DNA of 64,000 nucleotides from the human T2T-CHM13v2.0 reference genome, Homo sapiens, in the NCBI RefSeq assembly GCF_009914755.1, contig NC_060926.1, one strand, 5' to 3'. The stretch's first letter is position 1. Every line of letters starts with the position of its first letter. Under the pieces are notes generated by a model that saw only the letters and a program-made list of their open reading frames with translations, had not been told where the DNA came from and made no database searches. This document shows, in pieces, positions 12,015 to 27,964 of this stretch. Position numbers and translations under genes: made by a program.

Positions 12015-12885
12015 GGTTTTTTTAATTATTTTGAGTTCAGGGGTACATGCGCAGCATGTACAGGTTTGTTACATAGGTAAACATGTGGCTTGCTACACAG
12101 ATCATCCCATCACCTAGATATTAAGCCCAGCATCCATTAACTATTCTTCCTGATGCTCTCCCTCCTCCCACCTGCCACCTTTCAATAGGCCCCAGTATGT
12201 GTTGTTTCCCCCCCCCATGTGTCCATGTGTTCTCATTATTGAGCTCCCACTTATAAGTGAGAAGATGTGGTATTTGGTTTTCTGCTTCTGCATTACCTTA
12301 CTGAGGATAATTGCTTTCAGCAACATCCATGTCCCTGCAAAGGACATGATCTCATTCCTTTTTATGGCTGCATAGTATTCCATGGTGTATATGTACCACA
12401 TTTTCTTTATCAAATCTATCATTGATGGGCATTTAGGTTGATTCCATGTCTTTGCTATTGTGAATAGTGCTGCAATGAACATAGGAGTGCATGTATCTTT
12501 ATGATAGAATTATTTATATTCATTTGGGTGTATACCCAGTAATGGGATTGCTGGGTCAAATGCTATTTCTGGTTCTAGGTCTTTGAGGAATCACCACAAT
12601 GTCTTCCACAATTGTTGAACTAATTGACACTTCCACTAACAGCATAAAAGAATCCCTTTTTCTCCACAACCTCACTGGCATCTGTTGTTTATTTGACTTT
12701 TTAATAATAGCCATTCTGACTGCTGTGAGATCATATATCATTGTAGTTTTCATTTGCATTTCTCTAATCATCAGTGATGTTGAGCTTTTTTTCATATGTT
12801 TGTTGGATGCATGTATGCCTTCTGAGAAGTGCCTGTTTATGTCCTTTGCCCACTTTTGAATGGGGTTGTTTTTTTCTTGTAAATT
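12015..12885 (-). mobile_element. 5'-truncated L1PA (L1PA8A/PA10-like): 3'UTR and ORF2 C-terminus
   Basis: ORF2 C-terminal peptide MFIAALFTIAKTWNQPKCPS; 16-bp TSD TTC(G/A)ACAAACTTTTGT at 11999-12014 and 12886-12901. Confidence 0.96.
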
Positions 12886-14504
12886 TTCAACAAACTTTTG
12901 TTGAGCAAAACACTGTGGTCATGAATAAGGAAAAGGGTTTTATTATTTTTATGTTGCATACACACATAGTCACACATGTTCACATGCACACATGTACATG
13001 TACCACACACACACACAGAGGCAATTTTTTATTTCTTAATTCCCTTTTATGAATTGGTGTCTCTAAACATGATAAGGGAAGAAAAGTATCAACTAATGAT
13101 TATGCACCACTTTTCAGAAATATTGAGGTCATAGTCTGGAATATTATGAAAGATTCTTTCAAATTATGACCCTCTTGAAAATAATTTGGAAATAAACTGA
13201 TTTTGCATTTAAGTGACACTGATGGATTAATAAGTTAATGTATACCTAGATTTTGTGATATTCATAAAAAGATTGTAACTGAATATTTGTGTAGTATTGA
13301 TTTGATTTTAGATACCTTTAATTAATAGCAACCTAAGTCCAACAGCACATTTTGCAAAAGCAAATTTATACACCTGAAATAAAATGTAAGTTGATTTTAT
13401 TAAATGAAAGTCCAAACTTACTTAATATGAGTCCATTGAGTCCAAACTCAATGATATAAACATATTTTCTCCAATAAATAATGCCCCATAGCTTTCTTAA
13501 ATTAATATTTACTCCTGAAATAAATATTATACCATATTTATTGGTATGATATTTAATAGAAGGTAAAGAATTTAATGTGCATTTTCTTCCTCAAATAAAT
13601 AAATATTGAACTTAACTTGTCCTTCGAGCATTGAGATGTCTTCCACTAAACACCTACAGCTTTAAACACACCTCCTGGAACCCTGCATAGAATGATTTAA
13701 TAGTTACATATTGAGAAGAATTTTAAAAAGTGTCTCTGACACCCTCTTTATTCCATTGAAGAACTTACCACTGGTGGGACAGAAGAATTGTCTGTGGTCG
13801 CCAAGGTTTTTTTTTAACAATTACTAAAAATTTACTTTTTACATCTTCATGCCCATTGGCAAAGTAATACCAAATTGCAAGGTTTAAACTATGTAGGTTT
13901 TATTTTTTTATACAAACAACATTTATTTCCAATAATGCAATTAAATTATTTGTTGTCTTTATGTATTATAGCTATGACAACAGTACAATATATACCCAAC
14001 TCTATCATTTCATTCTACAACCAGTAGTACAATTAGAATTTGTGTCTATCTCTTAGCTTATTTTGAACTAATTTTCAGGACACAGCAGTACAATGTGTAG
14101 AGTACAGTGTGGTGGGCATCAATGGTTATTCTGAGGAAGAAAATGGGCATTAAATTCTTACCTCCTATGAAAGAAACATAGTAGGGGTGTAAATATATTT
14201 ATTTCATTCATAACTTTGATAACTAGGGCCTACCCATCTGCCAGACTATATTATTGTGTAAATAGCTCCCATCTGAGCTAGGTGTCTTGCTAACTCAGAT
14301 CAATTAGTACTTGTAATTGAAGCTCAATAATAATTACTGCTACATCTAGTGAGCATTTAATTCCTGTGTGCCAGGCATAGCTATAGATACAGTTTAAGCT
14401 GCTCAAGTTTAACACAGTAAAAATGATAAGAGCATAGGTGCTTATAAAGAATTACTATTACAAGGAAACTGGGTATGAATACAGTTTTTAAGGGTATAAT
14501 TTTG

Positions 14505-14820
<316 letters not shown>

Positions 14821-17171
14821 CTATATCTAATTTCCCAGCATTTATTACGATTCACCAAATAAGGTAGCAATCATATATAGGGATTTTTAGATCATGAGGT
14901 TTTTAGGTGTCTTCTGGATTCAGATGAGTTCCTTGAAATCATCTTGCAAACTGAAAGTGACTGTGATATAAGAAATAACCATAAGGCTATGGCAAAGCTG
15001 AGAGTGACAGAGTTTATGCAATTTTCCTTAGGAAAACTGCATGATATCTATTTTGAATCCTCCACCTGGCATTACTCATTTTATTTATGGAACGCATTCT
15101 CCCCAGAGTGACATCTTCTTTCCGTATCCATAATGTATAATTGTGATCCTTAGACCTTATCATGAAAGGACAGGTGGAATATTATTTTAAGCACCAGGAT
15201 ATTTCTTAGTAAATATCATATGTAGAGTATTGACCCTTTCAGGGACAGCAATCACATAGCAAAAGGAAAGCACAATTTTATCTCTTGTTCAATCACATTG
15301 TTATTCTCTTTATTCTCTGGATTTAGGGTCTGTTCCTATAATAGGTAACACTTCTAAAGATAAAGAAAGCACTTAAGAGAATTTTGGGATGTGTTCCACA
15401 AGAGACCTGGACCACATTTTCAGTTAATAGTGTTTGATAAATTGACCATGAAACATTAAAAAAAAAACACAGATCTTAATTCATTAATTGCTGTTAGCAT
15501 TTTATTCGTAAGATAATTACCATACATGTAATCATTAATGATCTACGCTCATGGAGAATGTCTTTACAGGATGATATTTCTGAGATGTTTTAAGACTCCT
15601 ACATTACTGAATTTGTAAAGGGAACTGTGATTTTTGTTTCAAAAATTTAATAAGTTAAATGATTAATACATATAGTCCTCCCAGAAAAAAGGAAAAGGCA
15701 AATCATAGTCATCTCTTTCATTACTGTAAAATGTGGTAATAATTTAGAGACCAATATTTTGTTGATTCAATTTTTGTCATTTACTAAATTAAACAATAAT
15801 ATGTATAACATAATTCCAGTTACGAGTTTACTCTTGGGAGTAACTATATCTTTACTTCATCTCATTTCCTCTCTAAAAAGTCATCTGGATGTGAAAGTAT
15901 ACACACAAGGTAAAATATATAGTATATTATAGTGTAAAAGTATGATTTTTAAAGAACTTGGAAAAAGAAAGAAGTTTAATGGGACTTATATTGGGTTCTA
16001 TAGATGCAGATTAAAACTAATAGTTACAGTAGTTTTAATTCCTATGTTTCATGTATAGAAACCATGCTATCATTCTTCTAAATCTGTAAGCTTTTTGCTG
16101 TAGATTTAGGATTTAGAGCATTATATCTAATTCTAAAACAAACATTTGAATTATGAAGAAGTTCTTATGCTGCAGAAATTTATTTAAATTTAGACTGTCA
16201 TTAGCATCAAGAATATTTTTTATTCCATTAACAACTTTTAATTAATCATACAATTTGCTTTTATTTCAGAAAATACCACGTATCTTTATAGACTAGGAGC
16301 TCAGATATATTATTTCCAGCTTTCTTGATGTTACCTCAAATTGAAGTTGCCAATGGTAGGACTGCACAATCTGAATACATATGATGAGATATTTTATGCC
16401 TCGTTTTCCATCTGCTTGAGTTAGCACCCTTTCACCATTGGCCATTTCATACTACCCAATTTCCATGTAATTTGTCTCTCTAATCTTGTCAGCCCCTTGA
16501 AATGAAGGTGCACTTTATTCAGGGATTATTTTCATGCTCAAGATCATTTTGTGAATTATTTTATATCATTATAAATAATCCTACTGTTACCTTTTCAATA
16601 CAAGAATTTGATTTCCCAGCATTAATGGGTTCATTCAATAGTAGTGCCAAGTTCATACAGCAACACTGTAATTGCATTTTAATCAGAAACTAGTAATATA
16701 TGCTGAAGATACTTTGTTAAATTAACATTATTGCTGTGATTAACAAAGCACACTGTTAAGTGAATATTGCATGAATTAAATTACATACTAGATCACTTAC
16801 ATAGTTTAGGATTTCATGTGCTATCTAGCTACCTCTTCCCACAAAATCTACATCCTTATCTGTTTTACTCATAAAAATGTAATTCTTGAAGCTCATAAGC
16901 ATAGCTACTTAAATGATTCCTTTGCTTAATAGAAACATCTTTGTTCACTACAACAAGCTTATCTGCACTACATTTTTTAGGAATAAAGGATATGTGATAT
17001 GTATTATTTGAAAACTGGCATTCAATTGCCACACTTGGCTGTTCACCATAAAACTCCTATTTGAAATCTAACTTTGAGGACTTCTTTGAGGATACTAGAG
17101 TTATAGTTCTGAAATAGTTACTTGCAGAAATGCTATCTATTAATTTAAATTTTGGTTTAAAAAACTCATAA

Positions 17172-17455
17172 TATTTTTTTTTGAGACAAGGATTCACTCT
17201 GTTGCCCAGGCTGGAGTGCAATAGCACAGTCAGAGCATATTGCAGCCCCAAACTTGTGGCCTCAAGTAATTCTCCTCCTTTAGCCTCCAGAATAGCTAAG
17301 ACTACAGGCAAGCACCACCATGCCTGGCTAAATTTTTTTTTGAATGTTGTAGAAATGGAGTGCCACTATGTTGCCCAGGCTGGTCACAAATTCCTGTCCT
17401 CAAGCAATCCTCCCAAAGTGCTAGGATTACTGGCATGAGCCACTGCACCCAGCCT
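17172..17455 (-). mobile_element. Alu (AluJ family)
   Basis: Diverged reverse-complement Alu with J-type diagnostics (ctcaagcaatcctcc, cactatgttgcccagg). Confidence 0.95.
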
Positions 17456-17580
17456 TAATCATTTTTAGTGCACAGTTTAGTGGTATTAATTATAGTCATG
17501 TTGTTGTACCACAGATCTCTAGAACTTTTTCATTTTGCAAAACTGACACTCTGTACCCATTAAACAATAAATCCTCATTT
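17456..17580 (-). mobile_element. L1M (L1MA/MB-like) 3' end fragment
   Basis: agatctctagaactttttcattttgcaaaactgacactctgtacccattaaacaataa. Confidence 0.8.
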
Positions 17581-18489
17581 TCAAAATGAGATAGCTTCTC
17601 TAGATTTAGTAAAGCTCTCTTCTTTTTCATTATTTTGCTTTTCTGTGAAAGGGGACTTCAAATTTATTTTGAGGAAACAAATGTAAACACTCATCTTAAA
17701 GTATGTATATTAAGACTATTTTAATAATCAGAGCAAACTTTCATTTATTTAGCTATTTTCAGTTTGCAGCCTACCATGCCAAACATTACTTTATTGCTGT
17801 TCCCTGCAGTCCTTTTGACAAGGATGGAGCACTGTCAGAGCTGCACTGGAGCTGGAGACAGGGATAGAGGACACTCAGGATGACAGCCCCCACCCAGAAT
17901 CCTGGAGAGGAAAGTTGCTATTGTTGAAAACATAATGGATCTGGTTGTTATTAAAGTACCTGAAGTCAGCTGCATAAATTGGGAAGCATATGCACGCTTC
18001 TGCTTTACTGTGGCAATTTAAAACAATATAAATTTCATAAAATTCTCATTGAAAAAAAATGACCAAGAAAAGCCCTAAAAATAGTAGGAAATGTTACCCA
18101 TCATTACATCCTCCACCATCAAGGCCAAGTAGTCAATACCCACGCCAGATAAGCACTGTGTGCCTATGTGAGGTGGTCATTAAAGAATGATGAGGAAAGG
18201 ACCACAGAAATCAACTGGTGTCTTCCCAAAGTCCTGGGGACGCTGAGGAACACACATGGGTCTCATAATGTCCATGTCCTTCCCTTATACCTCAATGCTC
18301 TTTCCACCTTGCCCTGGTGGAAAGTCTTGTCCATATCACCTCTAATCCAGCATTCTCAAAGCAGCACAAAACTGTCTTCAGAAGACTGAATGTTTCTACA
18401 TTCCTTCATATTAATTCCAGGAAAAGAATTCCCAAGTCAAATAATTCAAATGCTAAGTGTATTTTTTAAAATTGTTTTTAGGCACTTTC

Positions 18490-18590
18490 TCTTAGGAATG
18501 TAAACTCTTTGAGGGCAGGGTCTATGTCCTTTCATCATTGTGTTCATCAGGCTTTATCATTGTCTAGCATATGGTGGATGGATAAACAAC
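18490..18590 (+). mobile_element. LINE-2 3' end fragment
   Basis: gaatgtaaactctttgagggcagggtctatgtc...tgtctagcatatgg. Confidence 0.7.
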
Positions 18591-19204
18591 CATCTCCGTA
18601 AAGATATCTGATTTCTATTCCAACTACACAAGCTCCTTTTCTAGTATACACAGCCACCAAAATAATGCTTAAAACATATGTCTCAGAATGACAATCAAGA
18701 TAGAAGTCTTAAAGCAAGAAAGATGTTTTCCTTGTTTGTTCTTCTATAAATTCTCTAAAGATTCATAAAATTTAGCTATACAATCTACTTCAGATAATGG
18801 CTTCTAGATGCTATGTAGAAATTGGCCCATTATGCAAGATAAAAATCATCTAAGATTATAATGCAAATCAGTCATCATAAAAAATATAAAGATCTAGAAT
18901 TTATAGAAATTCTACTGAGCATTTATTTTATGTGAAAGAAAAATACATCCACAGTACATACATAATTAAATGTAAATGTATGCTGAAAAAGTTCATAATC
19001 ATGAAAAATACATATCTTGATGGACTACTTTTATTTGGCAACCTTTACCTTCCAATATCTGTCATAATATTAGAGTAGATTAGAAATTATATCTACAGTC
19101 TCAACTCATTTTATGAAATATGAGTAACGGTAGGTATAGATAATTTATTTTCCCTCAGCTGTACATAAAGATGGATAATTACATCTTTCTAAAAAAATGA
19201 AGCT

Positions 19205-19523
<319 letters not shown>

Positions 19524-20209
19524 TTAGGTCTCTTCTAACCTTTACCTTTGCAGACTTTAATGTTGTCAGCTAGTCCAACATCATTATGCACTATTATTTG
19601 AAGGTGCTCATCCATTTTCCCAGCATCTTTTGTGTTGTCATAACCCTTACATGCAGTATCAGTAAATATGGCTTTATTGTTTGACAACATAAATTCCTTA
19701 GTGACGTTTTCAAAAGAATAAGAGTTTTTAACCATTTAGTTAAATAGAAATAAATTGATGATGGGAAATGTCTGCATTCTATGTTTAATTTTTCTATCAA
19801 ACTAAAACTGCTCTAAGAAATAGAATTCATTAACTAAAGTAATGATGTAGGAAAAGTTTAAACTAATTTACTGTTTACTTAAACTGCAATAGCAAAGGCA
19901 GGAGAATAACTTAACAACCTTACAGTTAATTATTTTACAGGATATGTTACCTGCCTTTCATCTTCCCTGAGTATAAGACAAGGAAGCAGACTTAAACTCT
20001 CATGAGAGAAATGTAAGTTGTATAAAAAAAAAAAAATTCTGATGGTCAGAGTCTGCTAATAGTATTGAAACTTCTGGATTTCATATCCTGGATGCAGGTG
20101 ATTAAATTGTCTGGTATAGCTTAACATTCTCTTGCCTAGAAAGAAGAAGATAAATTAGTCAGCACTTGGAAAACTGATCCAACTTCTTGTTACTATAATT
20201 CTATATTTC

Positions 20210-20430
20210 TCAGACTGGTTTGCTAAGCCCATTAGAACAGGGGCTTCATGAAATTAAGGTCACAGGTCTAATTCTTATTTCAACCTATTAGCTTCCCTTT
20301 CTTCTGAGGGACTTTACTTCAAACATCAGCCAATCATCTTGTAACTTTCACCCAGTCACGAAACTCACAAGACAACATACATGGAGTGGTCAGGCACCTA
20401 CTCATTCCCATAATTCTCTGGAACATACTT
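20210..20430 (+). mobile_element. MamSINE1-like ancient tRNA-derived SINE
   Basis: Degenerate tRNA head (ctggtttgctaag...ttagaaca...aaggtcacaggtctaattc), then ttagcttc...cagccaatcatcttgtaa...cagtcac, resembling the remembered MamSINE1 consensus. Confidence 0.55.
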
Positions 20431-23400
20431 CAGTGTGGGCTGGACTATCGGTGTCACAAGAAGATACATGACACCGCAGAGATGGCCCAGTACAGTTTTT
20501 CCTTGTCAAAATCATAAAAAGACTATGGTAATCCTACAAATTCTGATTCACCCGTGTCAAAGAAAGGAAGGAAGCTTCAGAAGGTTGTTTTCTTTTCTCC
20601 TTCAGAGACTTACACCAAATTATTTTGAATTTGCATTTTTTTCCAGTCTTTAATTCTTGACCAGTAAGAAGTCTCTCAACTCTAGTCACTGAATCTACCA
20701 AAATATTTTGTTTCAAAAAATAAGAAAAAAATATTGCATTTTTCTACATTTTTGAGTAGAAGAATCTCCCTAATCATTGGTTATAAAAAATGAAAATATA
20801 ACACTGAACAAGTTAATATTACAAATAACAAAATAAATGCCCACTGTGTAAAAATAATGCAAAATTCATATTTCAAAGTTACCATAATTTGAATACATAG
20901 GTCTCTTAGAGTCAAAAACCTCATAAAATGTGTGATGACATTTTTCAGGACATATGTAGCATCTTCTAATCAGATGCTAAATGTGATCTATTAACTATCA
21001 CTTGGGTAGCTGCAGCCCTACATCGATTGTTTTATCCTGTTGATAAAATAAAAATTTACCTCAGGAATGACTCACTGGTTAGTAAAACTGAATTCTCTTA
21101 AGCTTAGGACTTGGGAAAATCAATAATTGGAAAGATAAATGTTTTGAGTCATAATGAAAAGCATGTATAATAAAATCCTGTATAAGAGCCTGAGGCATCA
21201 TCCAAATTTATAGAAGTGGTAACTAAGTGTTCAAAGACAGGATAGAGGAAAGAGCCTAGAAACCTGGTTCAATGTCTGGAAATATTTGTCTCTTTAGAGT
21301 GATAAATGAGTTTTAATCAAATTGACTGTAGAAATAGAACCAAAAGGAACATTATTCTAAGTGGTATCGGTAATCAAGGAAGAAAAGCCTGGTATTAAGA
21401 ACTTACCATCTTTTCAGTGGTCCCTTAAGATGAACCAACGATTTGAAGAAAACAAACTTGATTATAATATACAAGCTTGCCTATATTTATTTATAAAATA
21501 TTCTCAAAGTGTAGTTTAATTTTAATAAACCTCTCTCTCTGAGTCAGGGCTCATAAAATTTAACTATAGTACCTGGCCTAATTTTTTTGAGTCATATGTT
21601 AATGTAAATCATTAATTAATCTCATATATTGATGAGTATAGTATGAATTATCTTTTTATAATATCTTTGATATATAAATATTCACATAAAAGGTTATAAT
21701 GTGTTCTAAAGAATTAATTTCTGACTATACATTATATACTACTAGTGTCTAGTTTAAGACTATATATCACTTCTTGTTTGGGAATTTATGTTTATATTTA
21801 AATGTCAGTAATTATCTTCACTAGCTCACCAATTACATGCAATTAGTGATTACAGGCAAATAATTTCCTAAAAATTTGAATGAAATGATCTTTTAAATTG
21901 TGTTATGAAATATCAAACAATATAGAGTTTGGATTGGCAACAGTAAATAGAACAGAGCATCTCCTTCTACCCATAGCCCTTCTCTGACATCCTACAAATA
22001 GGAATGAAGGAGTTCCTCAAATCTGCACAGTCACCTTAGGGCCTGGGTCAGGTTTTACCCCCAAGACACATATACGACAGAAAGACAGGAAAGTGTAATG
22101 TGATCACCAGTAATGTTTCTAAAGTTCAAATTTAAAACTTTCACAGCCATTTATAAATTCTTATATAAGTAATTTTAATCGTAATGCATTGCGAATAACA
22201 AAAACTCCTACTGTAATAGCTTTCTTGGGAATCCACTCAATCAGTTACATATGTATAGGAAATAAAGGAATGCCTTCAAATTATAAAAAATACTGAAAAA
22301 TATTTAAATTGGATATATTTAAAATAATTACTTTTTTATATAGAATGCCATAGATCAGAATCCATATGAAAATTGAAAACATGACCTATTATTTATCAGC
22401 TCCCAATGCAATTATAAATAGATTTAATTGGCACTGGGATTTAAGGCTTACTTACTAGTGTGTAACTAATTAATAGAATTTTCAGCTCACTCAGCATGTG
22501 ACTTCTTCAATGATAAGCTGAAGTTCCGAAAAAAAAAAAAAAGACTTAAAATGACTATGCACATGATTTTTAAATTACTCTCCATGTTTATGGAGTAATT
22601 GAGAAACAAACTAAGTTTCATAGTTTCTGAGGCCCTGATAGGAAGCCAAGTAAGGATTTAATATGATAAAAAACAAACCCACAAAAAATCATACATTAAA
22701 ATACTAGTAAGATAAATAATTGCTGTAAGTGAGCTTCTATATTATTAAAACTTTTTGGAATGTAATTAAAATTAATTTTAGAGAATTTTTAAAAATAGTT
22801 ATGTAAGAATCAATTTCTATTTTGAAAAGTGTATTATGACTACTAATGCTCCATTGGTTTAAATAAATAACACTGGAATTCTATATTTTATCATAATCAT
22901 CTTTGTTACTAATATAGCTGATTATTATACTTTCATTAATGCCCTTTATTCAACGTATATTTTTATTCTTTGTACACTCAACAAGACTTTGTTTAGAAGT
23001 TTCTGTAGTCTTAACCTGCCTACCTCTTCTGAAATGTCTCCTTATTCTCTTTTTATCTCTAAGCTTTCTATTAAAAAGTATGTCTAACTCAATGCTTTCT
23101 TAACTACATTTCCAAACCTTTTACTATGCCAGGACATTCTTCAGATTCCTAGAACCATTGGTTGCTGTTCTCATGTTCCAGTGTCCTTGAATTACTATTG
23201 TCTGAATCTGCATTCTATCTATAAATTATGCATGTCTTCAAATAGCACCTATAAACTTCTACTTCTGCATGCTGTTCCATAATTGCCAAATTACTGCACA
23301 AGAATATTATTCTGACTATACAGCAGCATTCTGAAATCACGGATTTAGGATTTATATAGATTTATGTAGATGCTTTTAATATCCACGCTATTCCCGGCAT

Positions 23401-24406
23401 ATTTTTCCACCCTATATGCTGCAGTTCCCTGATTACCTGGCACTTCTCCACCATCTCTTTCCCCTAGTCCCCAATGATAATGCAATTGTCTTCCATTAAA
23501 CTGCCTTCTGCACCACCTTTTGTAGGGCCTAAGTCCTGTATCTTAATGATACATTTTTATAATTTGAAAAATTAGATGTTTAAAAAAGGTATTAAAGAAA
23601 ATATAAGTCATTGAGCATTTTTCTCTATACAATCAAAAGAATTAATAATATATTGGCTGAATGCTTTAGAGAAAGACTTGGAAATAGTCTGAAACATTTT
23701 TTCTTTAAAGAAAACTATTTTGTATTTTAAAAGAACCTATTTTTCACACATAAAGGGGACAGACTTTTGTTTTATAAAATATACTAAACATACATTCTAG
23801 TGTGTACCCAAGGCAGTGTCTGACCATCTGCTGGTAAAATTTAAGGGCATTTCAGGTCAACTCAAGCAAATAATTTTCAGTTCTTCAAATTAGGTATTCC
23901 TGTCAATATTGTATTACATTTGACATTTGCACTGTTTTATTGGGTTAGAGCCCTAAGCAGAGGAATTTTTTTAAATTTACCTGATATGTGTTCAAATATT
24001 CCCTAGTACACTTCAAAGGGCCTAAAAGGTACGTTTTGAATGAATAAATAATCAAATGCATAAATTTGCACTGTGGAATTTACATGCACAGTTAAGCCAT
24101 CAAATGTAAAGACAGATTTCTAGTATACGCCCCCATTGTATGGGTATTGCAGATTTTCCATACCTGGTAGTCATTTGGTATGCTTGGAAATTCCCAAGGA
24201 TACAACTTATATTAACTGTTTCTAGGTCCTGAATTTTCTTCTAGAAACCTGTTGACAAACAAAAAAAAAATGAGAGGGAATTAGGAGATATATGTTGTCT
24301 TTCTACCTCTGCCTCTAACAGAGGGACTTTAGACAAATCCCTGGACTCCGTAGTTTACAAACGCACAAATTATGAGGACATTGTTTTTCTCTTAGTGGCT
24401 ATGGCA

Positions 24407-24950
24407 GATTCAGATTGTATTTTCCAAAGTTGGCAGTAGCAATATTTCTCATCCAACATTCTCTTCCACAATGTCACGATGACATTCCTCTCATTGAGAG
24501 GTGAAATCCATGATCCCTCCCTTTGAAACCGGGTGGGCTTGGAACTCCCTTGTTACTAATAGAATTGACAGAATTAACATCGAGTGACTTCTGAAGGTTG
24601 ATTAGGAAAAGCCAAGTAATCAAGGCTTTGTATATGGAAGCACTTATGCTGGAACCCTGAGCATACTATAAGCCCTTGACTATGCTTAGTCCACTGTGCT
24701 GCAAAGAAGCCCAAGTTATATTCCAGAGAACAACCAAGCAGAGCAGCCAGGCAGTCCTCAGCTTCCCCAGCCACTCACCATTGCAGCTTCAGCTAATCTC
24801 TAACTGCAGCCACAGGAGAGACTTTAAGCTAAAACCACCCAGCCAAGTCCTTTCTGAACTCCAGAGCTTCGGGGAATGTTAAATATAATAGAATACTTTT
24901 TGCTTTCAGCTGCTATATTTTGGAGATATTTTTAATGCAGTATACAGTAT
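24407..24950 (+). mobile_element. MLT1 (MLT1G/H-like) solo LTR
   Basis: tggcagatt...gagaggtgaaatccatgatccctccctttgaa...aaccacccagccaagtcc...ttttggagatatttttaatgcag. Confidence 0.85.
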
Positions 24951-25882
24951 CATTCCTTAGGTAAAGAAAAATGATTCCATGCCACAAATTGCTTCTTTAT
25001 TCTTTGAAAAAAATATAACCTTTCTAATTGACTACATAAATGTTTTTGTCAGAGATATGTTAGTTAAGTGCCTTGAATTGTTTCAGGAAAACATGCTATA
25101 ACAATAATTTTGTTTATCATATCATGAACTCATTAAAAATAAAATGTTTTTTAGTTTTAATTACACCAAGACACAACACTGCATCATAGGAGTAAACCAC
25201 TTGTAAATTGTAATTGAAAATGTAATTTTTGAGGGCTACAGGCTGGGTGTGTATAGTCTACTCTTTGTGGCTTTAATCCTAGCCTTCTTGAATCTTCATT
25301 AGTGAAATCTATAAAGAATGTAATCATGTATCTCAGAAGAATCATTTGTTAAGTGCGACTGAGATGATATATTCCATCATGAATATAACCAAAAGAATAT
25401 CTTTTAGGATATTCTTTTATATCTTTTTTCCAAAAAAAAAGAATCTTGAATAGATTCATCTGAAGTCTAATAGGTTTTGTTTTATATTCTGTTTTTACAT
25501 ACTGGATTAGTGTGGATATCTAGAATGTTAGGAGCCTCTCAAGGGACATAACTAATATTCATCAATGGATCCTTCACCTTTACTAAATATTGTCCCCATA
25601 GTAGATGGTCAGTAAATGTTTGCTGACTGAATAAAAGCCTACAAGAAACAGTGATTAATTAGAGTGTGACTTTAAAAGCTAATCATACAAAGTATGTAGT
25701 TATATACTTTGGTTAAGAAGATAAAAGTTTATAGTTTGAGATGCTTCTTCTACTCCAAGGTCAACACACTCTCTGCAACCATAGCTTTATAGCAAACATT
25801 GGACTAGGTATATGGGAGGACAGGTACATTTTCATGAATCCAAGGTGAAATAAGAACAGCTGATGTGACAGAAAATCAACGA

Positions 25883-26170
25883 GATCCAGGCATGGTGGCT
25901 CATGCCTGTAATCCCAGCACTTCAGGTGGCCAAGGCAGGAGGATTGCTTGAGGTCAGAAGTTTGAGACCAGCTTGGGCAACAGAGTGAGACCCTGTCTCT
26001 ACAAAAAATAAATTAGCGGGGCACGGTGGTATGCACCTATAATCCAAGCTACTCAGGATGCTGAAGCAGCAGGATGGCTTGAGTCTAGGAGGTTGACGCT
26101 GCAGTGTGCCATGATCACACTATTACACTCCAGCAGGGACAACAGCAAGTCCGTGTCTCAAAAGAAAAAA
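25883..26170 (+). mobile_element. Alu (AluJ family)
   Basis: ggaggattgcttgagg...gagaccctgtctctacaaaa; TSD AAAATCAAC(G/A)AGA. Confidence 0.95.
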
Positions 26171-26317
26171 AAATCAACAAGAAATCATAGAAGTTAAATT
26201 TATAGTCATTAAAATTAAAAAACACAAAATAGAGTAATCTCTAGTTCAGATATAAAAGTATATTAAGGAATTCATCCAGAACACAGAAAACAACATAAAG
26301 AAACATAAAAATATTGA

Positions 26318-27140
<823 letters not shown>

Positions 27141-27526
27141 TATTTAAGGAAATGATAGGTAAGTATTTTCAGAATTGAAGAAAACCATGAGCCCACAGAT
27201 TGATAGCACCCTCTGAAGGCAAAGAAATATAAATTTATACCCAAACACACTATGTGGGACTGAAGAATGTGAAAAATTAGGAAAGAAATCCTCAAAGCTA
27301 TCAGAGCTATCAGAAAAACTACCAGAAAATTCAGACAGATTGCCCACAATCAAGTACCAGATAAAGGCCAGTAAACAAAGTAGAGTTATTTTGAAAGTCA
27401 TGATGGACAAACTAATCCAGATTTTTGTGAACATAAAAATGCATTTTCAAATTCAAAAGTGAAGCCAAAGTAAAGACATTTTTCAGCATAAAAGTTGACT
27501 GTTTACCACCCACAGATGTACACTAG

Positions 27527-27618
27527 AAGAAGGAGAAGGAAGAGGAGGGAAAGGAGAAGGAGGAAAGATAGGGATGGGGAGGAGAAGAGGAAGGAAGAGG
27601 ACATGGGGAGGAAGGGAA
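27527..27618. repeat. GA-rich polypurine tract
   Basis: Nearly pure A/G for about 90 nt. Confidence 0.9.
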
Positions 27619-27964
27619 ATCAGAAATAACAGTACTCACAGAAATGAATAACATGTCAACAAATTCATTTAACTAGTAACTGTAAAAAACAAATTATTTT
27701 TATATGACAAGTAAACACGATTGACAATAAGATGGAAAGTAAAATCACACTATGATTTGCATCACATTTAGCAGGAAAATAAAAATAATGGAAAAGCACG
27801 TAAACATTTAAAACTGTTTAGACTGATACACATGGTGGATATAACAGTATTTCTAGTAGTAGTAAAAAGTTTAGTTCAAAGATTTAAATTTTTAAAATTA
27901 TAAATATTGCTGATTTGGAGCCTCCTAAATACATAACATTTTGAGAAAAAGTAGATTGAAGTAC

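Noticed and set aside
13434-13453. Hairpin CATTGAGT-CCAA-ACTCAATG
   Set aside because: An 8-bp stem is within chance expectation.
20210-20290. tRNA gene
   Set aside because: Only degenerate A/B-box-like remnants with no cloverleaf; better explained as a SINE head.
25391-25418. 11-bp inverted repeat AAAAGAATATC/GATATTCTTTT (similar ones at 16010-16039, 22573-22600 and 48882-48906)
   Set aside because: Short, AT-rich and unrelated to each other; no shared terminal repeat or TSD suggesting a MITE, and intrinsic terminators do not apply in this genome.
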